Positions 7,911-15,136 of a stretch of 17,375 nt of DNA are shown here, one piece after another. Origin of the DNA: Chthoniobacteraceae bacterium (lineage in GTDB: Bacteria > Verrucomicrobiota > Verrucomicrobiia > Chthoniobacterales > Chthoniobacteraceae). The stretch's first letter is position 1; every line of letters begins with the position of its first letter. Under the pieces are notes generated by a model. It was not told where the DNA came from. It searched no databases and was given only the letters and a program-made list of their open reading frames with translations. The position numbers and the translations under genes were made by a program. Location: the NCBI GenBank assembly GCA_037190965.1, contig JBBCKI010000033.1, positions 1 to 17,375 on the forward strand, given 5' to 3'.

Positions 7911-9182
7911 CTACCGCTTCGCCTGCCGGGTCTGAAAGTGCCGCACCACGCCTTCGGTCACGGCATCGGCATATTCGCGGTAGATGCTTTTGCGGGCCAC
8001 ACCGTCGATCATGCGCGTTCCCTCATAGTCACCCTGCTGGAAGCGCGCGAAGAAGGTCTTGGAGTTCATCACGTGCGGTTCGCAATAAACCACGGGGCAA
8101 CGGTAGAGCCGGTTTGCCAGGAGATTGCGCGACCAGACGTAGGGGCTCTCCGTTACGCGGCGTCCACGGCCATGGTAGATATAAGGCGGAAGCCCCGTGG
8201 CTGTCGCCAGCGAGGCCGCCACGCTGTCGGAAAGCGGGAATTCGTCGCGCGCGGAGCGGTCGAGCAGCTTGAAAAGCATGTCGAAGCGAATGTCCTCGTT
8301 TCGTAACTCGCCCGCCCCGTAATTCCCGTTCACGAGCATGTGGAGATGATCGCGGTCGGTCAGTGACGGGGTCGCCGGGTCGCCCCATTCCTCGGCGTTG
8401 AAATGCAGGCAGATGGCGACGTCGGGCTTGATCTTGCGGTTGACCAGTTCGGCCCGGGTACGGATCTCGCTGACGCGGTAGAAGAGGAGTTCGCTCTGCC
8501 ATTGGATGGAGTTGAACTTCAGCGGATCGTTCGGACCGTTGTAGCCGTCGCGCGGTTTCGTGATTCCCTGGCGCTTGAATTCAGCGAGCGCGGCTTTCCT
8601 GAAATCGCGCGGTCGGGCGCGGGTCACCGGTTCGGTCTTGTCTCGCACCATCACCACTTTTGCTCCCAGCGCGGAAAGGCGGGCGCTGAGGTAACGCGCG
8701 GTAATCAGCGCCATATCCCCTTCCATAACCGGCCTGGAGTCGCCGATCTTGAACCAGCGTTCCTCCATCTGAGCCCATTGCCCGCCGATGTGGCCGGGAT
8801 CCAGCGCGATGGTGAGCCCTTCCAGCGGTTTTCCGGCGGGCGCGCGGCGAGCCCCCGCGGGGGTCCAGTACCTCGGCACCGGGCGCGCGGAGGCGGCATT
8901 GGGGGCAAACTCCAGCCGGAACTCGGGGCGGCCGCCGTCCGGCGAGCGGACCACGGCAGCCTTGGGGCCGACTTCGATGGCCTTTACCCACGCGCCGTCC
9001 GGAGCGTAAACCGTATTGAGCAGCCGCGTGAAATCCTCGCGGGTGATCGTTTTCTGGTAGGGCTCCAATTCCGACCAATCAGGCTTGGGCGCGAGCACGC
9101 TGCGGCGTTCCGCGGAATGTGCCGCCGAGCCGAGAACGAGGCTGAAAACCCCCGCTTTGATCAATTGCCAAGGGGAAATCAT
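7911..9182 (-). CDS. N-acetylmuramoyl-L-alanine amidase (Amidase_3 family), exported
   Basis: 423 aa. Signal peptide ending 'AAHSA'; 'IALDPGHIGG', 'VMEGDMAL', 'RAELVN..PDVAICLHFNA', 'VYCEP' give the His/Glu/His/Glu pattern. Confidence 0.8.
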   Translation of the reverse strand: MISPWQLIKAGVFSLVLGSAAHSAERRSVLAPKPDWSELEPYQKTITREDFTRLLNTVYAPDGAWVKAIEVGPKAAVVRSPDGGRPEFRLEFAPNAASARPVPRYWTPAGARRAPAGKPLEGLTIALDPGHIGGQWAQMEERWFKIGDSRPVMEGDMALITARYLSARLSALGAKVVMVRDKTEPVTRARPRDFRKAALAEFKRQGITKPRDGYNGPNDPLKFNSIQWQSELLFYRVSEIRTRAELVNRKIKPDVAICLHFNAEEWGDPATPSLTDRDHLHMLVNGNYGAGELRNEDIRFDMLFKLLDRSARDEFPLSDSVAASLATATGLPPYIYHGRGRRVTESPYVWSRNLLANRLYRCPVVYCEPHVMNSKTFFARFQQGDYEGTRMIDGVARKSIYREYADAVTEGVVRHFQTRQAKR

Positions 9183-9218
9183 TTGTGAATGCTCCTGTTT
9201 TTCCGATAAAGGAAGCCC

Positions 9219-10010
9219 ATGCTAAAAATTCTGTTTCTGGGTGATGTCGTGGGTGAACCCGGCCGCCGAGCCGTGATTGAACTCATGCCCGTCCTGAAAA
9301 AAGAGTATGATCTCGATTTCATGATCGTCAACGGCGAGAACGCCGCGGGAGGGCGAGGGATTACCCCCAAGATCACCATCGACCTCCTTCGGGGTGGCGC
9401 TTCGGTCGTCACCACAGGGGATCACATCTGGGATCAGAAAGAAATTTTTGGCTACATCGACACCGAGCCTCGTCTGCTCCGACCCATCAACTACCCGCCC
9501 GGCACGCCGGGGCAGGGGAGCGTCGTGCTGGAAACGGCGAAGGGCAAAGTCGGCGTCATCAACGTCCAGGGCCGCACGTTCACGCTGCCGCATCTGGAAA
9601 ATCCGTTCCTCGCGCTCGACGCCGCCGTGGAAGAAATGCGCCGCGAGACATCGGTGATCTTTGTCGATGTGCATGCCGAGACCACCAGCGAAAAAATCGC
9701 GGTGGGCCGGTATCTGGACGGGCGTGTTTCGGCAGTTGTCGGAACCCATACCCACGTTCAGACCGCCGATGAGCAGATCTTCCCGGGCGGAACCGCTTTC
9801 CTCTGTGACGCCGGGATGTGCGGACCGCTGGAGTCAATTCTGGGCCGGGAGATCACGCCGATCATCAACCGTTTCCTGACCAACCTTCCCAACAGTTTCC
9901 CGGTGGCCAAGGGCCCGGTTGGGCTCAGCGGCGCGCTGGTGGAAATCGATCCCGCCACCGGCCGCGCGTTGCGAATCGAGCGGTTTGCGCGCCGGTATGA
10001 GAATGGTTAA
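9219..10010 (+). CDS. ymdB: YmdB/TIGR00282 family metallophosphoesterase
   Basis: 263 aa. 'ILFLGDVVGEPG', 'NGENAAGG.GIT', 'TTGDHIWD', 'LLRPINYP', 'DVHAETTSEK', 'VVGTHTHVQTADE'. Confidence 0.95.
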   Translation: MLKILFLGDVVGEPGRRAVIELMPVLKKEYDLDFMIVNGENAAGGRGITPKITIDLLRGGASVVTTGDHIWDQKEIFGYIDTEPRLLRPINYPPGTPGQGSVVLETAKGKVGVINVQGRTFTLPHLENPFLALDAAVEEMRRETSVIFVDVHAETTSEKIAVGRYLDGRVSAVVGTHTHVQTADEQIFPGGTAFLCDAGMCGPLESILGREITPIINRFLTNLPNSFPVAKGPVGLSGALVEIDPATGRALRIERFARRYENG

Positions 10011-10015
10011 GTCGC

Positions 10016-10036
10016 GTTAACGAATTCTTCGTTAAC
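10016..10036. repeat. Short perfect hairpin between convergent genes (possible terminator component)
   Basis: GTTAACGAA-TTC-TTCGTTAAC: 9-bp stem, 3-nt loop, 5 nt after the ymdB stop. Its right arm is shared with the left end of copy B. Confidence 0.5.
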
Positions 10037-10202
10037 CTAAAAGCGGCAATGGATCGGGGCGGTCTGACGCAAAATGCTAGCCGCGAGTGACTTTCGAAAA
10101 GACTCACCGTACCCATAGGGTACGCCTCGTCTTGTTCTCAAGTCATCTCGGCTCAGCATCTTGCGCCAGCTCATCCCCTCCCATCACCGCTTTTAGGTTA
10201 AC
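10031..10202. mobile_element. Fold-back palindromic element copy B (homologue of copy A)
   Basis: Perfect 16-bp terminal inverted repeat GTTAACCTAAAAGCGG / CCGCTTTTAGGTTAAC. Apical CGTACCC-ATA-GGGTACG (10108-10124). GTTAAC at 10031 and 10197, 166 bp apart. The right end contains the TAA stop of the methyltransferase gene. Confidence 0.9.
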
Positions 10203-11151
10203 AGGCCGAGGGCTTTTGTCCCTTTTGCCGCGCTCCCGAGTTTCGCTCCCAGAACACTCCGTCAGCATACCCCTGGATGGTGGGGTCCTGCCTTGCCATC
10301 TCCAGGCGTTTGAGGCCCAGCAGGCAGTAGTCGCGGTCGATCTCGATACCCACGTAACGGCGGTCCAGCTTTTTGCAGACCGCTGCCGTGGTGCCGGAGC
10401 CATGAAAGGGATCGAGCACTACGCTGCCGGGCGCGGTGCTGGCGAGCACCAGCTTTGCGACGAGCTTCTCGGGCTTTTGGGTAGGATGATCGGTGTTCTC
10501 CGGCATCGACCAGAATGGGACGGTGATGTCTGACCAGAAATTCGAAGCGCCGGTGAGGCGGAAGTCGCCGTTATCTTCCTCTGTCCAGTCTTTCGGTGCG
10601 CCATCCACCCGATAGGGGGCGACGACGCGCCGTTTCATCTTTACCGCGTCGGAGTGGAATTCGTAATCCGCGCTCATCGTGGCAAACCAGATGTCTTCGG
10701 AGCAGTTCTTCCAGTTGGCCTTTGCTCCCCGGCCTTTTTCGCGTTCCCAGGTGATCCGGTTGCGGACGGTGAAATGGCGGTTAAGAACGGGGAAGATCGA
10801 GGCCGAGGTGAGCCAGTCGCCGCAGAGATAGATGGAGGCAGTTGGCTTCAGGAGCCGCTTGAGCGGGATCAGCCAGGATTCCAGCCACTCCGCATAAAGT
10901 TCCGGGGTTTGTTGTCGGAACTTTCGCCCGTTGAAATCCTTGCCGAGGTTGTATGGCGGATCGGCGATGAGCAAATCGACAAATCCCGAAGGGAGCAACG
11001 GCAGCGCCTCGAGCAAATCCTGGTGCAGAAGCGAGTCGAGGAGGTCGCCCGGCGTGGCGGGCTGCGAGAGCGTGCGCAGGCACGGCTCAAACGCCACCCG
11101 ATCCTCCGGAGAGAGCGTGATCGTCCGGTTCCTGGGGGCGCGGATTTTCAT
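10198..11151 (-). CDS. Site-specific N6-adenine/N4-cytosine DNA methyltransferase, beta class, apparently orphan
   Basis: 317 aa. Catalytic motif IV 'VDLLIADPPYN' precedes 'HPTQKPEKLV' and SAM-binding motif I 'VLDPFHGSGTT..YVGIEID'. Confidence 0.93.
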   Translation of the reverse strand: MKIRAPRNRTITLSPEDRVAFEPCLRTLSQPATPGDLLDSLLHQDLLEALPLLPSGFVDLLIADPPYNLGKDFNGRKFRQQTPELYAEWLESWLIPLKRLLKPTASIYLCGDWLTSASIFPVLNRHFTVRNRITWEREKGRGAKANWKNCSEDIWFATMSADYEFHSDAVKMKRRVVAPYRVDGAPKDWTEEDNGDFRLTGASNFWSDITVPFWSMPENTDHPTQKPEKLVAKLVLASTAPGSVVLDPFHGSGTTAAVCKKLDRRYVGIEIDRDYCLLGLKRLEMARQDPTIQGYADGVFWERNSGARQKGQKPSAC

Positions 11152-12482
11152 GCAAGCCGCTGGGGTACGGCGTTTTCCGCGATCAAGGGGGCGGCCGGGA
11201 GTCGAATAAGCACCGTCGTCCCTCGCCCGTAGACGCTCTCCGCGCGCACGCTTCCGCCGTGGCCCTGAATAATGTGTTTGACGATGGAGAGCCCCAGCCC
11301 GGTGCCGCCCATTTCTCTGCTGCGGGCTTTGTCCGCGCGGTAAAAACGCTCGAAGATATGCGGCAGATCCGCGGGCGGAATACCGCTACCGGAATCGCGC
11401 ACCCGAATCTCGATTTCTCCGAATCGGGGAGAGGCATCGCCATCGGCTTTATCGGACCCTGCAGGGATAAATTCGGCGTGAATCGCCACCTCGCCCTCTT
11501 CGGGGGTATATTTCAACGCATTGGCGAGCAGGTTGCTCATCACCTGTTCAAGCCGCAACTCTTCCGCCATGACCGGGGGGAGCCCGGGGGTGGTTTCCAG
11601 GCGCAGCCGAACCTTCTTGCCGGCGAACTTCAGTTTCCAGTCGTCGGCGACGCCGTGCAGAAGCGTGTCCACATCCACGGGCACGAGGTTGAATTCCTCC
11701 CGTCGGGATTCAAGCCGGGCGAGGTTGAGAAGATCTTCGACGAGGAGATTGAGCCGCGAGGAGTGGCGTTGCAGAATGCGAAGGGCGTCGTCGAGTTCCT
11801 CGCGGGGAATCTCGGGGTTCTCCAGCAGCATTTCGAGGTACCCCTGGAAAATGGAGAGCGGAGTGCGGAGTTCGTGCGAGACATTGGCGACGAACTCGCG
11901 CCGGATCTGTTCGAGCTGCCGCACCCGCGTGACGTCGTGGGCGATGGCGGCAACGCCGAGGATCGTCCCGCTGCTGTCGCGAATCGGCGCGGCACTCATG
12001 GCGAGATGGCGGCCGCCGGCGGGCAACGTCAGCTCCCGCGATTCCGCGCGCCCGGTGTTGAGCGCTTGGCGGATCATTTCGTCCACCGTGGCGTTGCGCA
12101 CGGCCTGCAAGACGGACTGCCCGATGGGCGAAGTCTTCAGGTCGAACCCGTGCAGCCACGGCGAATTGACCAGCCGTACCCGGCGCTCGGTATCGACCAC
12201 CATGACGCCCTCGGTCATACTGGAAAGGATGGTCTGAAGATTGAACTCCTCCTGCGAAATCTGCCGTACCAGGCGGTCGCGTTGGTCGCCCAACGTTTCC
12301 AGCCCGATTCCGATGGAGGGGATCGGCGCTTCTCCGTGCAGGATGAAGGTGGTGGGGCGGGTGCCGGAGTTGAGCGCCTCCAGTATCTTGGCGACGCGCC
12401 GCCATTGGGCCCGGTTTCTGCGCCGGTGTAGGTAGAAAAGCCCAGCCAGAACGGCAAAGGCGATGGCCAGAAAGGTGCTCAT
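11148..12482 (-). CDS. PhoR-like PAS-domain sensor histidine kinase
   Basis: 444 aa. N-terminal TM helix; PAS 'ILSSMTEGVMVVD'; H-box 'EFVANVSHELRTPL'; N-box 'NLLANALKY'; G boxes 'DSGSGIP..IFERFYRADKARSR..GGTGLGLSIVKH'. Confidence 0.92.
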   Translation of the reverse strand: MSTFLAIAFAVLAGLFYLHRRRNRAQWRRVAKILEALNSGTRPTTFILHGEAPIPSIGIGLETLGDQRDRLVRQISQEEFNLQTILSSMTEGVMVVDTERRVRLVNSPWLHGFDLKTSPIGQSVLQAVRNATVDEMIRQALNTGRAESRELTLPAGGRHLAMSAAPIRDSSGTILGVAAIAHDVTRVRQLEQIRREFVANVSHELRTPLSIFQGYLEMLLENPEIPREELDDALRILQRHSSRLNLLVEDLLNLARLESRREEFNLVPVDVDTLLHGVADDWKLKFAGKKVRLRLETTPGLPPVMAEELRLEQVMSNLLANALKYTPEEGEVAIHAEFIPAGSDKADGDASPRFGEIEIRVRDSGSGIPPADLPHIFERFYRADKARSREMGGTGLGLSIVKHIIQGHGGSVRAESVYGRGTTVLIRLPAAPLIAENAVPQRLA

Positions 12483-12500
12483 GGGTCAGCTTCCGCCCTA

Positions 12501-12660
12501 GGGCCTGTTAAGGTAACGACTCAAATCGGCGTAAAAGGCGCTTTTTGGCCCAAAATGGCGCTCTTCAGGCGTCCGAATCTCGATTCGACCGCCTTCATCA
12601 CCCCATTTTCGGCTCAAAAATCGCTCTTTTATCCTCATTTCTCGTTACCTTAATAGGCCC
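12501..12660. mobile_element. 160-bp fold-back MITE-like element between response regulator and kinase genes
   Basis: 19-bp terminal inverted repeat with one mismatch, GGGCCTGTTAAGGTAACGA / TCGTTACCTTAATAGGCCC, flanked by TA on both sides (12499-12500, 12661-12662). Internal symmetry is centred exactly on CGAAT-CTCG-ATTCG (12574-12587). Confidence 0.88.
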
Positions 12661-12664
12661 TAAA

Positions 12665-13348
12665 TCAAGCCTCGGCAATTCGGTAGCCGAACCCCCGCAC
12701 GGTTTCGAGAAGATCGGCGGCGTCCCCCAGCTTTTCCCGAAGCCGGCGAACGTGAGTGTCGACCGTGCGGGTGTCGATGACGCTTTCGTATCCCCAGACT
12801 TCGTTGAGCAACGCGTCGCGTGATTGCACACGGCCCCGGCGCTCGATCAGGAGGGAGAGGAGCTTGAGCTCCGTGGCGGTCAGATCGAGTGGCTTTCCCT
12901 TGATGGTCACCTGCAACCGGGTCCGGTCGATCACAATGTCGCCCGCGACAAGGTAGTTGCCCGGTTCCTCGGTCTTTGCGGTACGCCGGAGAACGCTCCG
13001 TACCCGCAGCACCAGTTCGCGCGGGCTGAACGGCTTGGTGACGTAATCGTCCGCGCCGAGTTCAAGACCGACGATCCGGTCCACTTCCTCGGCCTTCGCT
13101 GTCAGCATGATGATCGGGATCTTCGCTGTGGCGGGATCGGATTTGAGGATCCTGCAGACTTCCAGGCCGGTCATGCCGGGCAGCATGAGATCCAGCACCA
13201 GCAGGTGTGGCAAATGAGCCCGGGCGGCCGCGAGAGCCGAAGGACCGTCCTCGGCCTTGATTGCCTCGAACCCTGCGGCGCGGAGATTGGAGGCAACGAG
13301 ATTCAGAACGTCGGGCTCATCGTCGGCCACGAGAACTTTGGGATTCAT
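12665..13348 (-). CDS. PhoB/OmpR family response regulator
   Basis: 227 aa. 'VLVADDE', 'LLVLDLMLPGMTG', 'IIMLTAK', 'GADDYVTKPFSPREL'; winged helix 'LTATELKLL..VWGY..RTVDTHVRRLREKL..ETVRGFGY'. Confidence 0.95.
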   Translation of the reverse strand: MNPKVLVADDEPDVLNLVASNLRAAGFEAIKAEDGPSALAAARAHLPHLLVLDLMLPGMTGLEVCRILKSDPATAKIPIIMLTAKAEEVDRIVGLELGADDYVTKPFSPRELVLRVRSVLRRTAKTEEPGNYLVAGDIVIDRTRLQVTIKGKPLDLTATELKLLSLLIERRGRVQSRDALLNEVWGYESVIDTRTVDTHVRRLREKLGDAADLLETVRGFGYRIAEA

Positions 13349-13429
13349 GTGTGACTTACCACTACCCTCTCGTCCGGTCGGAGGAAAGTGGAAAGGACGT
13401 CGCCTCTTGTCTGCCTCTATGCGGAGATC

Positions 13430-13732
13430 TCAAACTCTGCCGATCGCGGCCCGGGTAAGAGCGACAATCGCGCCCAGGGTGATCAGCATCAGTGCAGGAA
13501 TCAGCATCAGCAGGTCGATCCGAATGGGACCCCACCTGCCGATGGCGGTAAAGGCCCATACGGTATAGAAGCTCCAAAAGATCGGAGCGATCCACATGAG
13601 CTTTTTTTCCATCGGGGACCGGGCACGGCCATGAAGGTGCAGTGCAAAGGCGTATAAAGCATAGGCGACAACCAATGACGCCCAGGGGGAAACAAATAGC
13701 CCGAACAGTAATTGGAGAATCACGGTGTCCAT
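13430..13732 (-). CDS. Hypothetical small membrane protein (about 3 TM helices)
   Basis: 100 aa ATG-initiated ORF filling the gap, co-directional with its neighbours, with three hydrophobic segments. No family recognised. Confidence 0.6.
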   Translation of the reverse strand: MDTVILQLLFGLFVSPWASLVVAYALYAFALHLHGRARSPMEKKLMWIAPIFWSFYTVWAFTAIGRWGPIRIDLLMLIPALMLITLGAIVALTRAAIGRV

Positions 13733-13828
13733 CGGTTCAGAAGTGCCGGGGAAAGGGTACGAAATTGCAATTTCGAACGCAAGGAGGCGTTAAACCCCGA
13801 GACTGGAAGGCCATTCAGCCTTCCAAGT

Positions 13829-13980
13829 CCTCGTTACCAATCTCCAGATTGGTAATGCCCTTGTCTTCGAATCTCTGATTCGAAAACCTTGTTATCTCGT
13901 GTAGGGTGCCGGAACGAACAGGGTTGCGAAACTGGAGTTTCGAAGACACGGGCGTTCCCAAACAGAGTTTGGGAACGAGG
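13829..13980. repeat. REP/REPIN-like composite inverted repeat (four nested hairpins)
   Basis: Left arm CCTCGTTACCAATC-TCCA-GATTGGTAATGCCCTTGTCTTCGAATC-TCT-GATTCG is the imperfect reverse complement of right arm CGAAAC-TGGA-GTTTCGAAGACACGGGCGTTCCCAAAC-AGA-GTTTGGGAACGAGG. Confidence 0.85.
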
Positions 13981-14063
13981 TGAAACGAGGCAAAATCTCT
14001 TCGCGCCGCTGAAACGGGCCCATGGTTAACCGATTTCAGGAGTCCGTGCTTTGAAAGGTGCCT

Positions 14064-15095
14064 TTAAGCGCCCATCCCATCCTCAAAACTTCCCGCCGCG
14101 GCAGGGAAGCAGAGGTTGTCGCGGACGAAGGCGATGCCGCGTGCGCTGGTGTCGTCCAGGTCGCGGTGGGCGCTTTCGGCTTCCACGACGAGCGGGGCGC
14201 TCTGGGTTCCCATGAGCTGGGAATACCGTTGGGGGTAGCCGGTATGGAGGAGCAGTTCGGCGTAGCGGTTCATGTTGAGATCGCCGCTTCCGAGGTCGGT
14301 GAACTGCATGCCGCGTTTGGTCCAGTTGGGTTCCATGCCGCGTAGCGGGAAACCGGGGCGGACGACGTGGTTTTTCACGTGAGCCGCGTAAATGCGCGGG
14401 GCGACCTTCAGGAAGCGTTGCTCCCAGCTTTCGCCTTCCCAGCAATGGGAGGGGTCGGCATTGACGCCGAGACATTCGTCGCCGCCGCAGATTTCCACCA
14501 GCATGTTGAAATCGTCCGCCGTGCTGGCGACGGTACCGGGGTGGATTTCGTGGCAAAGCTTGATCCCGCGTTGGCGGGCGGCTTCGCGGATCCGGGCTGT
14601 TTTGGAGACGAAACGCTCCTGGCCTTCCTTGAGGAGGTCATACCCGGGCCCGGCCCAGAAGCCCCACGGATAGCCGGTAGCCAGTTCCCAGCCGAAAGCG
14701 ATGCCCCAGAACATCGGGAGCACCTTGACGCCCAGTTCCGCGGAGAGATCAAACAGCCTCAGGAGGTAGTCCTCCGCCCATTGTTCGATTTCGCCGACGG
14801 ATTTCTGCGCCACATCGGCCGGCAGGAACGGGCGAACCGTGGGGCTGCCCGTCCAGACGGTGGTGTGGACCCAGAACGGGCAGTGCGCGGAGATGCCGTC
14901 GAGCAGCAGTCCGCGCGTTTCGAACAACCCACGAATTTCCTGAGCCGACTTGAAGCAGCCGGCCTGCGCCTCGAGCATGAAGTTGCTCGGCTGCGCTCCT
15001 GCGGCCCCTGCCGTTTTCGCGTAATCGAGAAATTGCGGGAGCGATTTCGCGCCGTGTTGGGCGCCTTCGATGCTGGAGTGGAAGCAGGATGCCAT
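14064..15095 (-). CDS. Sugar phosphate isomerase/epimerase family protein (xylose-isomerase-like TIM barrel)
   Basis: 343 aa. Metal-ligand motifs 'CHEIHPG', 'GVNADPSH', 'AHVKN', 'LVVEAES'. Confidence 0.85.
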   Translation of the reverse strand: MASCFHSSIEGAQHGAKSLPQFLDYAKTAGAAGAQPSNFMLEAQAGCFKSAQEIRGLFETRGLLLDGISAHCPFWVHTTVWTGSPTVRPFLPADVAQKSVGEIEQWAEDYLLRLFDLSAELGVKVLPMFWGIAFGWELATGYPWGFWAGPGYDLLKEGQERFVSKTARIREAARQRGIKLCHEIHPGTVASTADDFNMLVEICGGDECLGVNADPSHCWEGESWEQRFLKVAPRIYAAHVKNHVVRPGFPLRGMEPNWTKRGMQFTDLGSGDLNMNRYAELLLHTGYPQRYSQLMGTQSAPLVVEAESAHRDLDDTSARGIAFVRDNLCFPAAAGSFEDGMGA

Positions 15096-15136
15096 AGGTT
15101 CGTAGTGGGTTGGTGGTTTGAGAAAAAGCGAAACGT

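Noticed and set aside
10087..10533. ORFs 10087..10533, 9925..10116, 12545..12823 and 131..316 running through the palindromic elements
   Set aside because: They derive from repeat sequence and overlap real genes. Their similarity to each other (e.g. SCASSS) reflects the repeat homology.
11259..12431. 390-aa plus-strand ORF; likewise 1151..2098, 3847..4896, 5190..6056 and 8403..9188
   Set aside because: Each lies antisense to a well-supported gene and has no domain signature.
13349..13429. Pho box upstream of the response regulator
   Set aside because: No CTGTCAT-like 11-bp-spaced direct repeats could be seen.
13801..13829. Hairpin TGGAAGGC-CATTCA-GCCTTCCA as an intrinsic terminator
   Set aside because: The 8-bp stem is real, but there is no U-tract on either strand, so no function can be assigned.
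13829..13980. Possible mini-CRISPR array or integron attC site
   Set aside because: The units are inverted and nested rather than direct repeats with unique spacers, and there is no cas gene or integrase in the window.
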